Below, one piece after another: positions 49,801 through 62,870 of a stretch of DNA of 64,000 nt. Below the pieces are notes generated by a model. The model saw only the letters and a list, made by a program, of their open reading frames with translations, did no database searches and was not told the origin of the DNA. The stretch is from Zygnema circumcarinatum SAG 698-1b (taxonomy: Eukaryota > Plantae > Zygnematophyceae): assembly GCA_037447605.1 (NCBI GenBank), contig CM074806.1, positions 1,426,001 to 1,490,000 of the forward strand. Direction: 5' to 3'. Position 1 is the stretch's first letter, and every line of letters begins with the position of its first letter. A program made the position numbers and the translations under genes.

Positions 49801-51546
49801 ACATTACTTTTGAGTTGACAATGTTTCCTTTTCTAGCCAGAAAACAGACTCTAGGCAATCGACCACTCGTAAAATCTCTTGTAACAAAGAGCTTGACAAA
49901 ATATTTTTGCAATTACAATCAGTTGGCATACTTCCATCTTCGCAAAACTTAGGCTACAGCCTTCCCACCATACGCTCAGCAAAGATGATGACAAAACATG
50001 ATTACAGAACTACGATAACAAGCTCCAGAGTAGATTGCTTGAACATGAGACTGTTTTCACAACACTCGAGTCATCAGGCTGTCATATGTCGTCAGACTTT
50101 TCTAGTGTTGGTATGGAAATTCTTCACAATGTTGTAAACATATCGTCGTAAATATCGTAATTGCTGGCATTACATAATGAAGGAACATACCTATCTGCCT
50201 TCTTGAAAAGTAATCATCCGTTTTGACTATCAGACATATGCCATATGGACAAAGCTCAGTATTGTATTTTGATTTTTCAGCCTTTAGACGCTTCCTGAAG
50301 CTTCTATCCATATAGTTCAGCTTCTCTCTCAAGGATGCTGCACTAGACTCAAGCGTACGAACATTACAAGTGAAGGGCAAAACTTCAAACTTGAAATGGC
50401 TTATGATTCTTTGAAAGGTTTCTTAAATAGAATTGGTTTGTGCCGTATGCCGCTCAGACTCACTTGTAGGACAGAGGAAACCCCTTAGTCACGCAGAAGA
50501 GGCGCACTATGGATCCTTCGGTACTGATGTCATCTTGATTGGGCTAAATGAAGAGGATAATGTAAATGACAAGGAGTGCAGATCACCCGATTGCATAAAG
50601 CGATTCCCCACGAAAAGGTCTGAAATAGCAAGTGCGACAACTGCCGATGTGATGTCTTGGGTTGTATTAATTTGTGTAATGGAAAATGGGAGTAATAACT
50701 ATTTCTGCTCACAAGAAATCGCTAGGTCTTGTGGCACCAGTGGAGCATTGAATTAAACCCAGCAAAACAGTAAATGCGCATGATCCTTTTTGCTTTTTTG
50801 ATTCATTTATTTGAGCGGGCTGTTCTGTTTGTTCTCTCGTCATATGTTCCATACATTTGACGGGCTTAATATCTTTCTTTCTTTCATTTTACGCATTTTC
50901 AAAAACCTATTTTCCTATTTAAACGGCTTGTTAGATACTCCGATGTCATGCGTATCGTCCAGATTGCTGCCACTTTTCGTTGTCGGTGCATTTCACTAAT
51001 GCAGCGATGACAAGCTGATATATTTGTATACTTTGTAGACATCAAACCTAATTGAAATGGAGAGAGTATTTACATCAGCTATGTTCTTCACTCAGATACT
51101 TCAAGTTAGTTTTTTCCTCTGGTCTTTCACGTCATTGAATAGAACAAGCTTGCCGCCTTCCACAGGCACAGTTTAGCAATTTATGGGGGCTCACATGCCC
51201 AAGCTTCAGCCAACCCTTGCTCATGCGGATCGTTTTGAGCAAAGATGAAAGTGTCCCAGCCAGCCTCCACAGCAGCCGTCATCACTTCCTTGCTCCTCGT
51301 CGACACCCATACACTCTTTTCTCGGGCTGCTTCTGACTGCTCCCTATTCGTAGCTGGAGTAGACTGAGCTGCAGAAATAGCCTCTCTCCTTGGCACAGTT
51401 TCAAACATTGCTCTGATGTTTTTTAAACAGCAATTTCCAAAGGGTTTCTTGCAATAAAGCGAGCGTGTTGGAGAAACAAGAGACCTTCGAGTAAAAGCAT
51501 TCCGGCAGGCATTGAAGGCAGGGCTTGTCTGTGCGACAGAGGCCAT
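46880..51546 (-). CDS. 3-dehydroquinate synthase type II homologue with a plastid transit peptide
   Basis: [13 protein letters not shown]; [15 protein letters not shown]; [11 protein letters not shown]; [34 protein letters not shown]; RPFRVNAGPVHAYV; LAELRSG; [11 protein letters not shown]; [10 protein letters not shown]; [15 protein letters not shown]. The junctions I checked are in phase. Confidence 0.95.
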
Positions 51547-51797
51547 GGCTCCTGCACTGCGGGCGCCGTGTCCGTCAAAAGCTCACGAGGCGAAACGCAC
51601 GACGAGCTATTCTCCTCGGCGCATCCAACCATTTGCCCTAAAAATTCTGCCAGGGAGGAAGAAACCATATTTTATTTAGGTTATGTTTCCCTTGTAATTG
51701 ATGATTGCGCCTGCTTTCTTTCCGCTTGTCAGTGATTTACCTCTTATTTTAGCTGCCTAAATGCTGCCCCTGCTTACTAGTCATCACATTGGCAACC

Positions 51798-54700
51798 ATG
51801 AATGTGGGGGAGGAGTGGTCCGGTCTTGCAGCTGCACCCTCGCCAGCACCCGGTTCCTTGCCCGGGGGAGGCCCCCACGGGGTGTGGGGTGGCTTAAAAT
51901 ATTTGGCAAACATAAGCGTCATTGGAGGCATTTCCTGCATTCTACTGTTCCTTCTCGTAAAGCTGCAAGATGACCATCGTCTGCCGCATCCTGTACATCT
52001 TGTATCCAAGTTGGTGGCAGTGTGGAAAACCACCGATGAACAAATTGCAAGACTGTGCGGTGCAGACGCCAGTGACTATCTTGCTCTTTTGGTATGTGTC
52101 GCTTCTTCAGTCACTTTAGGTTGTGTTTTATAAAGCATAATAAGTATTTCCAAAAAAATCGTATGTCCTTCATTCCCTGAACTCCTGGGTTAATCAGGAA
52201 TGCCTGCGATCTTAGTTGTTGCTTCTAACTATTTACTCCTTGAAAAAAAACTAAATAAGAGGTAAATAGGTGAATATCTAAAAAACCAAGAGGTTTAATA
52301 GTATTAGCCATCTCAATTAAATCGGCCCACGCTTTCATGGTTTTTATCTGAATGTTCGAAGAGTTTGATGGACTGCCACCCACCTAATTTTGCTTAGTAA
52401 TCCCGATGTGCACGTACTCTTTTCAGCGGGTGATCTTCTTCACATTGGCATTGCTGGCGGTTCCGGGCCTTCTGGTGCTGATCCCAGTCCATGTATATGC
52501 TGGGGATGTGCCCATCAACGACCAGCTCGTGGCAGCGACTGTCTCACACCTACCTTCAGGCTCCCCATGGTTTTGGCTCCATGTAGTTTTCGTGTGTGGT
52601 GTCTGTCTACTAGTGCACAGCTCCCTCGAGTGGCTAGAGACCCGCCTACAAGCTGCCCGGTTTCGACAAGCGGGTGCTCTGGATTCGATTTCAGCTTTCA
52701 CAATAATGATTCGCGGAGTGCCAAGGGGTCTGGCTCGAGACAAGCAGGTGAGTTACAAGAGGCTTGAAAAATAAAATTTAACTCTGGTAAAAGAGAATTT
52801 TCTAAGTGGTCTAATGTGTCATATCCGTACGAGCGAACAAATCATGCGAATGTGAATGAAGTTTTGAATAAGCAACCATGATAATGACCTTGAAACTTTT
52901 TAGCTGGGTTAATAAACCTAATGTCACCTACTTGTGTGAAAATGCGGCACCTGAGCCTTTTCTTCTGAGTGAGGCTGGGAATTGCAGCCCTTGACGGAGT
53001 TCTTTGAGCATCTTTACCCGGGGAAGATATATCACGTATGTGTTCCCCAAGATCTTGTATCATTTTTAGCTGTTCGAGAGTCTTTGGCCAGCTTGCGGCA
53101 GCGGTTGGTGAAAGCACGAATAAGTGCTCGGGAGGAGGCTGCTTCAGACGAGCGTTTGAGACAGGAAACAGAGTACAATGAGTGGGCCAGTGATGATGGC
53201 GATGGTCATCCCGGTTATTACCAGCCTTTGGCTAATGCTCTTGGTGAAGATTTAGGGCTTGTGCTCTCTGAGGAAGAAGAGGAGCAAGTCTCTGGCTATA
53301 GCTTTAAAAAGCGATATTGTGGCTCTTCATGGGGTCAAATATCTTTAACGAAACTCTGGAAACGATTCTGGCACTTTCCTTCTTCACAACGGAGGAGTAA
53401 CTGGCAACGGATGTTTTGGATACTGGGAGCATGGCAATGGGCAGATGAGGTTCAGTGGCTGGAAGGAAACATCAGTAGTTTAGAGAAAACCTTAGATGAG
53501 TATCACCAAGGCTGTGCCCGAGGTGCTGGAATAGCTTTTGTGGTCTTTAAAGATGTTTTTACGGCGACAAGAGCCCTGAGAGATGCAGCTTGGAATGTCC
53601 CCCATAGGCAGTGCCCTCCTCTTGCTACCCACAGGTGGCAGGTGGAGAGAGCACCTCCTCCCGCCAAGGTGCAATGGCGGCACGTGGGAAGCAGTGCAGT
53701 GGGACGGCGAGTGCGAAGCTTTCTTGTGAACTGCTTAGTGCTTGTTGTGCTTGTGTTTTGGAGCTCGCCATTGGCAATGGTTACTGCGATGAATTCTGCT
53801 ACAGAGAGGCTTGACCCAGAAGCTGTTCGCCACTTCCATTCCTGGCTTGCTTGGGCAAAGGTTGGTCCACTTGCTTCACTTTGTGTATTCAGTTCGCGTT
53901 AACTCTGAGACCCTGTTTTGAACGCTGATAGGGCAAGCAATCTCAATGAACATCAATTTGCGAAGTTCTGATGAATCGTATTGAAGTGAGTATCAACTCT
54001 CTTCACTGGTCTTGGCATTGTCTCACTTAGCAGAGATATGCAAATGTGAGGATTGCGAGTGTGATCAAGAAGTTATGCGGCGTATTGAAGTAGACCGTCG
54101 ACTTCTTGTTTCTTGCCGTGATGCTGCCAGGGTTCAAGCTGGGTTTCAGCGCTGCTATTTCAATTCTTGCCCAACGCGCTCACCTTCTTTGCTATGTATA
54201 CCTATATTCCGGCAGCTCTGTCTCGGTTGGCCAAGGTTGAGCGGCATGTAACAGTGTCAGGGGAGCAGCAAGCAGTGCTTGTAAAGATGGTGTGCTTCTT
54301 CCTCGTAAATCTCTTCATTCTCAAGGTGGGGACAGCCTCTGTATGCCCAATTTGTTGGATTACTTTGCGGTGTACTTCAAGGATGATGATGGGTCGTCAC
54401 TATATGCCCTATAGGCAACAGTTTATCATGAAAGATTAACTGATGAAACATGAACATGATTTCTGTTTAACCATGAACGGTTGCCGAGCTGATAGGCTGT
54501 AGCAGTTGAAAATCTTGCTTGTTGACGTTCTTGTCTAGCATGGGAGTCTCCACTTAGAATGAGCTCTGATCTTTTGCAACGGGTAAGAGGGAACAGCTCC
54601 TCTTCGCATGTCCATTCCTTTTTTATTTTTACATTTAGTTTGGCATGACTTGTGAAAAGCATGTTTTTAATAATGCTCGAGTCTACCTGATGCAGGCACT

Positions 54701-55625
54701 GGTGGAAACCACGTTGGAGTCGGCAATTCTTCATTTCGGCCAGTGCTACATGCATCCTGCAGGCTGCCCTGGCATAGAGAATTGGCTCAACAGCACCTTC
54801 ATCGGGAGCTCTTCCCTCTCTGCACTTGCCTTTCTGATCACCAGCTCTCTTCTTGGAGTTTCGCTAGACTTGCTCTCCCCTCTCTGGATGATCAGGAGGC
54901 GGCTGCGCCACTTCAGGGAAAGCAAAAACCTGCAAGAAAGCGCCAATTCTTCAGTCGATATTTCCGGAGTTTCTGGCATGGAGTTAGTTGACGAGGCCAT
55001 GGGTGACTATCATTGGGGGCACGATGGTGACCAAAATTCGTCCTTTCTTGGTCCCGCTGACCTGGGTACTCATTCAGAGTATCCCGAGTTCTATGTGCAC
55101 GTGACACCTGAGAAGTCGTCCTCAGTTCCGTCATTCGACTTTCCCCAATACCATTCCTACAACCTTACTGCATTCGCGATGGCTCTCACATATAGCACTG
55201 CGGCGCCTTTGGTCCTTCCTGCCGGAGCTCTCTACTTTTTTTACCGCCTCTGTGTGGACAAGTACAACTTCCTCTATATATATCGAAGCTTGGCATCACC
55301 TGCAGTAACGGATGGGCGGCTTATGGGGACTGTGCTCAAAGTGATGCGAGTGATGTTGTGCTCCTACTTGGGGGTGATGTTGGTCTTTCTCGCCATTCGG
55401 GGAGACAAGGAGAGGCTCCAAATGCTCATCGTATTGATGCTTCTCTTTCTCGTGTCCGCCAAATATGGTGTAGAAAGGTTTCTAGGACTGCCTCAAGAGA
55501 AAGGGTTAGACGGTTTTTTCATCCAAGAGCTCGGATCCGTGGAGCAGGTGCTTCGGGGCGGGCTGGTTGGGTACGAGCTCATGTCCAGAATAAGTAGACG
55601 AGAGAGAGAGGAGGGTTTGACGTGA
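51798..55625 (+). CDS. CSC1/OSCA mechanosensitive channel, OSCA4 (At4g35870-like) clade
   Basis: [14 protein letters not shown]…[10 protein letters not shown]…KLVAVWKT…[13 protein letters not shown]; WLHVV; [10 protein letters not shown]; [11 protein letters not shown]; [14 protein letters not shown]; FWSSPLA; [21 protein letters not shown]; VDKYNFLY. Confidence 0.92.
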
Positions 55626-56415
55626 GAGGAGATGCGGAGCACTTTTGTACATAGTAGTGCGACATTGTTTTAGAAATGGTTTAAAAAAAATATGTTTAGC
55701 CCATTCTTGGATGCCCTGATTGCATCCTCTTAGAAGTGGATATTCCATAGTCGAAATGCCACAGCTGCAGCTGATTTTTCTTTTCAAAAGTGTAAAAACA
55801 GGGCTGCTTAAAAATGGCTTCTATGGTGTTCATTTGGCAGAGTACAGTAATAGTAGTACAATTGTCGAAAAATTAAAGTCACCTCACTTGAAATACTCGT
55901 AACAACATCTCAAAAAATGTGAATGGCGAAAGACAGGAACTATATACAGGAAATAATGCAGGACTCCTAAATAAAACAAGGCGCAAAATGTTGGCGAGAA
56001 GGCCCGCTGTGCTCCTGCACCTCAGCGAGGGCCCTCTTCACATTCCCATCCCACACTCTGAATCGCCTCTCCCTCATTTTCTCAATTTGCATAAGCAATC
56101 CATTTCCTGCATAGAAAGAGCTTCCATTTTTGTCAATGCCAAACTTATCGTCCGCATCACACAGCCATAATACTCCGGCGACTGACCAAAAACCACGATG
56201 CACAAGCAGTAGAAGATCAGACGATTCAGGCTAGAGATAGACAGCCAAAAAAGCTGGCCAAGTAGGAGAAAAAAGCCAAATTCACTAGCAGATTGGGATC
56301 TGCTTCAAGGCCTGATATCAAATCCTGTCCCAAGCATTGTTGCAAAAACATGCATAATAGGAGGCCCGAAAACTTACCGCATGTAGGTCGCTACAGATTC
56401 ACAATTTGAAAAAAG

Positions 56416-59400
56416 TCAAACTGGGCGCTTCTTCATTTTTCCCGTAGTGCTCGCAGCCTTCCGTTTTGTACTGGCTGTTCCCCCAGACGTCTTGGCCGTC
56501 CTCCCCTTGGTGCTTCCCGTCTTTCCATTAGTGTTTCCCCCCTTCTTTCTCTTCACTTTCTTCTTGGGGTTTTCCTGTAACACAAAATCTCTTCATACTG
56601 ATCATTACAGTTCATAGAACCAAGCACAACCATAGATTTTTGATTCGAACCAATACTGATTGCGAAGAGAGATGGGTTGAGCGTTCCGGAAGCAGACTCA
56701 ACGATGCATGAGCCAGTACTGCCAGTATACAAAGTACATAGACCAAAAGTGGATGGTCCCCAGAAACAATCTGCCCCTACTGTTGGAAGGTCAACTCAGA
56801 AAGAGTTAAGAAGATGGCCTATCCAAAGAAGGCCAAAGCAGACTCACCCGCAAGCTTTCCATGTAAGCAATCCTGCCAAAGTACTTCTTCCCATTGCGAT
56901 TAATGTACAACTGGAGCATCAGCCACAAAGCAAAAAAGACCCCCTTAAGTAAACCTCAAGTGAATCACATCCATATACACGGCTCAGTGCAACAAGCGAG
57001 CAAAGCGAGCGCCGTGACCGGGCTACTCATCAAAAGGTGGCATACAACATGGAGCATAAGCAGCAATAATCAAATACTCCACATGCTTGGCAATTGACAA
57101 GATTGGTCCTTCACATTTCTAGGTAATTCACCTCCCGGACCACTCTCACTTTTTTCAGTACTCTCATTTCCTTTGCTTGAATTCCACTTCTCTTTCAATC
57201 GTGGCCCTTCCTGGCGTTCACTTAAACTTTTAAACATGGATTTGACTCCCCTTTCCAAACCCATACACCTCTCACCTTCCTGCCCTCCTCATGGGTCCAC
57301 TTGCCCCTTAACTCCGTTACTCCAGACTGCGCCTTGGGCTTCCTATAACTGCTCTCCCCGTTCTGCCTCGCCACAGCATGCTGACTGCTGCCTCTGTCCC
57401 CCGTGGAGCCTTTTGGTGAACCGAACTGATTCCTGGACATCACCTCCCAAAACAGGAACAAATGAGGGTTTTCAAAGCCACTCATTATGCATGCTTTCTA
57501 GATTGCTACATTCAAGTTCAAGCAACCCATTCGATTACCCGAAGTGTGTACCAGCTTTCTGTCTCAGGGAGCATAGCATTTCTTCAGCACTTTTGACATG
57601 CATGCAATCTTCATTCAATTTGATAGTTGGCACTCATATGATTACAGAGCAGTCAGATTACCTGTAGTCAATATATACACGTTCTTCATCTCTACTGCCC
57701 TCCTGCTCCAATTGCTCAACGGATTGAAAGTGAGGCAGCCGTAGCCGGAGCAGTTCTTCTAAAGCTTCTCTACTTCCAGCTGCTCGTTCATCAGTAGAAT
57801 TCCCCCATTCAGAACCATTCTGGTCAGGAGTACCAACACCCTGGCCCGCATAGCCAGCTGCCGATCTCGCTTCTGCCTTTCCTTCCTCATACTCAGGCTC
57901 ATCTTCATCGCTATACAAGTGAATTGTGGGGATGTCTCCACGACCACCTGAAGGCTTGCCAGAGTTGTACCTTCGGACATGGACAGAATGTTGTTGATGT
58001 TCATGTTCATTTCCACTGAACCTAGAATTTTGCGGTTCTTTGGCCCCAACGCTATGACTTGGGATATGACTCCGGCTTTCACGTTCTCTCTCCCGCCCCA
58101 CTACTTGCCCGTGGAGGCTCCTTCCTATACCAGAGCCCATCGAATGAGGCAGGGACTCCTCAGGAAACTTGCAAGGATAATCTTCAGCCCTATAATTGGA
58201 ACCACGTGCCTGCAGGAGTTCAGATGGAAGGTTCCCTTCTGCCCTATTCCCTTTCCTAGAGGAAAGCTCAGCAGCCTTACATACAGCTTCAGAAACTGGA
58301 GTGTGCTGCCTGGCCATAAGCACACCCCTCAAGCCTTCCTTCAGGTTCGCGGCTTTGCCAGATTTGCGTCCCAGCTCGAACCCTAGTTCACATAACAAAG
58401 AAACAGCTTCGATCAGCCTGACCCTTACTGGACTGAGGAAGGCATGAGTCACACCTGTGCCCCGTAAATGCATCAAACTCCTTCAATACGCAAGTTCGTA
58501 TACAGAACTGAGCAATCTACAAAGTTCAAAACTTGTACCGAAGTCCAAAGAATGGAGTAGACAGTCTCAAAATTCGAAGATTCGAAGAGTCACCAAACTT
58601 TTTCCAACATGCAAGTAGCCAAACCAGCTAAATGGCACAACCCACAAACTCAACTTTCACAAACGAGAGATAACACGAAAGGACACGGATACATTTTGCT
58701 GCAGAATGCCTACTGTATGCTGGCTTGTGGGCTGAAGTAGCCTCAACTTACGAAGCAATCACACTTACCAGGACTTCCTTCTTGAGAAGAAAATGTCTCA
58801 ATATCGTCATGCCCGGCAGACGGTCCAGCCGTTTCAGTCTGTGCGGAATTTGTTTCAACTTCTGCCGCTCTGCTTGCTCCACCTCCTGACCACGTTGGCT
58901 TAAAACCATATTCAGAGGGATCATTAGAAACCTGGAACATGTTTGTAAGCAAGTCTGTACCTTCTTGTTTCCTGGCTACATGTACTGTCTGAGCAGCGTC
59001 AAATTTATGCTGTAATTTATTTGGCCGTACTGCCTGGCAGGCATTCTTTCCAGGCTCTTCGTCATCACTCTCGAAGCCGATTGACAAACTGGGCCGTAGT
59101 CCATTCCTTTGTGAGAGCCCTTGATTGAGAGAGCATGGCGATTTACGAATAAATGCACAGGTATTTGCATTCCCACTGGCTGGGTTGATGCAACCTTTGT
59201 GACGATCGACAGAACCCGCCACCCTCAAACCGCTATCGGGCGTAAAATGGGAGGAAACTTTTCCTGAAAGCCTTTGTCCTGTGTAGTTCAAGTCCCTTGG
59301 TTGGTCTGGAAGATCCACTCCACTTTGAGTCTGTGCAATCCCAGAATTAGAGCTGTAAGCTAAACTATCGTCATAACTTCTAGACAACTTCCTCTCCATA

Positions 59401-62300
59401 GCACCCTCACCACCATAACCTGCGGCAGGTGATCTGCCTGCTCTCCTCTCGCCTGCTTCCTGAATCAACTGTGAGCTGTATATGGAATCCTCCCCCCAAT
59501 CTCCAGCCCTGAAGCTACTATTGTCTGTGGGAAATAGCCCGTGGCGAGCAGGTGATGGGCACACTCTGGGACAGACTGGTGTCACGTCAGGCTCCTCTTC
59601 ATCTGCAATATCCAAACCTCCAGGTTGTCAGCATACATCTCACAACCTTTACCTGCTTTTACAAGTACATCTTACAGGTTCAATTTGACTTGAAATGTAG
59701 ATGATTCTACTTGCTCTTACGTCGGTCGGGCCATGTCCTTTAATCAGTCGGCCCAACTGCAATGTTTTTACTATGTGGTTCAGTAAATGTGGGAACGGGC
59801 ACAAATTCTCGTTGGCCCAAATGACACAAAAAGCTCGGTTAGAATATTCTCAAATTTGATAACCAGCACTTCCTGATTAAGCTTACCAAAGGAGCGCAAC
59901 AAGGTTATTTCGGATATCCCCAAATTTTATGGCCAGTACTTTCTTATTGAGCTTCTCAGAGGGGCTGAACTAATGATTCATGCATGCAACTGCTCACCTG
60001 AAAATTGAGCATGCACATCAGGCGCCTTCCCATGCCAAGTCCTTTCAAATCTAAACTCCATCGGCTCCAACTCGTCTTCGTTCTCAAAAGGGGCAGACTT
60101 TTTCTCAAGGTGTCTTACCCAGGATGGTTTGCAAGGAGATTTCATACAACACGAAACAGGTTGCTCAGATTCGGCAAAGGCGAGGTTTGACGGCGTGCAA
60201 AAATTTGCGGATCGCTCTCTCAAAGCCGCTTCGACTCCTCTATTATTGTCCTTGTTCGCCTGGCAGGAAGGTGGGGAGCTGATTTTTGAGATGGAAAAGG
60301 TATCTAACCCAAGAGAGAAGGAAGGGGGTTCAAAATCGTCCGAGGGGAAAAACGGAGGATCATCTGAATCGGCGATGGGGGACGGCTTTGCAGCAGAGGC
60401 AGATGTACTAGGTTCTGAGCCACTCTTCAAGTCGCTTGCTTGCTGATTTAAACATTTTTCTAGGGACGACCTTTCTCCCATTTGAAGATTTGAACAAGGT
60501 CCTGGTGATGGTGTCTCCGCTAACACCTTCACGTGCCCTGAACATGAGTCATTCTGCGTGGTTGGCTCTGCTTGAGATGTAGTACCGGGCGATGGCAATG
60601 GTGAAACTAATAACTGATTTTTCTGCCCTTTGTGACAACCTTTCTCAAGCGAAGGACTGCCCACAAAGCTGCTTTCCTTGGTATTCCCTGAACTACCGGT
60701 CACATCAACTTTAACTCTTGCCTGGCTCAGGAACTGCAGAGGAGAGAGCTGGTTCAGGACATCTTCCTTAATATGTGAGCCGCTCGGATCTCGTGAATGC
60801 GAGTGGAGTGCATTTCGAGGAGAGGGTGACACATTGGGCATGACTTCAGAGAAGTTGACTCCATGTGATGCCGTCCGCTCTCTCAACCGATTGACAAGTG
60901 GTTTCTGAAAAGGATCACCGACGGGTTTTCCCACAAAAAAAAGTCAAATCATCATAAGGCTACTATGCATGACTTCAATCTGACAACAAGCCCATTCCTG
61001 TTTCAAACTGGCTATCAAAAAAAGACAACTCAGCTACAAGTAGATGGATGGGCAATCCAACGAAGAAGAAACAACAAATACAACGATTACTTTAACTCCA
61101 TATGTGATCATTAAGCAAGGAAGCGTAGCAAAACCGATTTAATTAGGCCTGGGCAACATGTGAGGAAATAATAAGGGAATCCCCAGAGCAATGTTGGTCA
61201 ACGAAACTCTCATGAAAGGAAGACAAATTATGGCAAAGCAAGAAACAAATGTCCAAATGCACCTTTCAATTGAAGAGTTATGCGCCTAGAGAGACAACAA
61301 GCCTACATTCTAGCTGTCATACCCTTAACACACCGAAAACAAGACCACTGACATACTGACGAGTCAAAAGACCTATTCAACTCATCCTTAACGTGCCATA
61401 ATAATGTTGTTGCAATCTGGCACTCACCAACCCAGCTTCTCCTTGTTGTTCCCATTCCTCCTCTGAATCAGGTGCAATCTCAGGAGAACCGTCATCATCG
61501 CTATCAACGACAAAACTTCTCTTTCTGCCAGCTAATCTTTTCGGTGAACGTTTCTCCATTTCCTTGGACGAAGTTACGTGGCTAGTATCACGGGACTTCG
61601 CCGGTGCAGGTCCCGTCTGTGCCAAGCTTGCTGGCTCATCGACAGCTGTCAAGGATTCTTCCTCTCCACTCTGACGTGCTAGCCTAGCCTCTGACGACAA
61701 ATTAATGTCTGCTGCTGCTTCCTCAGCTTCATCAGGCCAGTTCGCAATTGCTGATCTCCTCTTCTTGTACGTGCAAGCTGGAACTCCACAAGTCATGCTC
61801 ACTGTATGATGTCCATGATTCTGAGAACCTCTACGGATGAAATGGCTACAATTGCAATGAACAGGCAGCTGATCTGCGACGTCACTTATATCAATATCTC
61901 TCACAAAAGCCTCGGGTTCCTGAGTTCCTACGCCCTTCCACGTCCCTTTCTCGTCCGTTATCGTCGCCTTTTGCTCCAAGATAACCCCTGTAAGCTGAGC
62001 CTGCCTGTTGCCATAAAAAGTCACGTATGTCACCCGCTGCGTTCGATACCACTATAGAAAATTCAATCTGGACTCGTTATCCGGCAATTCTTATTGCTCG
62101 AGCAATAGAGACTACTAAAACAACCTCATACCTCAACCTTCATATCAGCGAGATACACAGTTGGTGTGAGCCCGCACCAGCAATGAATACCATTTAAACT
62201 ATGAAACACCAAACGCTCACCTGTCAAATCCAAAGAACCGTTCCAAGGGAGGCTGCACTCGCTTGTTCCGAGACGCCCTCCGCTGATGCATGTTCGACAT
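56416..62300 (-). CDS. Long, mostly disordered hypothetical protein with an N-terminal PIP-box-like motif and Lys-rich tail (multi-exon)
   Basis: Exon 1 (62221-62300) gives MSNMHQRRASRNKRVQPPLERFFGFD with a phase-2 GTGAG donor matching an acceptor near 62006. Long ORFs lie at 61377-62033, 59978-60934, 58743-59615 and 57658-58476. The spliced C-terminus reads VYIDYRNQF…GKWTHEEGRKLYINRNGKKYFGRIAYMESLRENPKKKVKRKK…KRPV*. Confidence 0.75.
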
Positions 62301-62760
62301 CCCGCAGCGGCCGCCGGGAGCATCCGAATTCGAAATCAGCGCTTCTCCCACTCTTGCCCGCGCGGAAAAGTTGGTTCCAACACCGCTCCCTTCCCGCTTC
62401 GTTGGAGGGGCCGCGCGCCGGAGCGCGGCGCCATGGCTCCAGGCCTCCTCCCAGAGTGAGAGGGAAAGAGAGAGAGAGAGGTCGGCCGGCCCCATTATAG
62501 CGCCAGGCGCGCCGCGGCTTTTAGGGTTACCGTACCGTACCGCCCTTAGTCGAGCCTCTGTACAGTACAGTACAGATTGTACTCCATCGTACAGTTATGC
62601 TGCACGGAGTTGACCGTGGCGGTGGACGTTGACCGGGCTGTTGCCGCACGCGCCAAGCTGCTCCCTGAGTCCCTGTATATCGCGATACGACATATCGCGA
62701 TATGTCGTTGGTGCAATTGCATGCATCCATGCCGCAGCACGCAAGGAACATGGAGATGTG

Positions 62761-62870
62761 GCATTGATCTCGCGATGCCGATGATGCCATCAAATGTCCA
62801 TGGACATAATCATCATGGGGAACCACCACGAGGAACTGGTCACAAAGGACCCAAGGACAAAAGTAAAAAG
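62761..62870 (+). repeat. Dispersed repeat copy D (partial copy E at 63187-63217)
   Basis: GCATTGATCTCGCGATG…GCCATCAAATGTCCATGGAC…GGGAACCAC…GAGGAACTGGTCACAAAGGACC aligns with copies A-C. Confidence 0.8.

Noticed and set aside
49740-51190. ORFs of 60-107 aa in the 1.45-kb first intron of DHQS-II
   Set aside because: No recognisable motifs or repeat termini, and the flanking exons join in phase without them.
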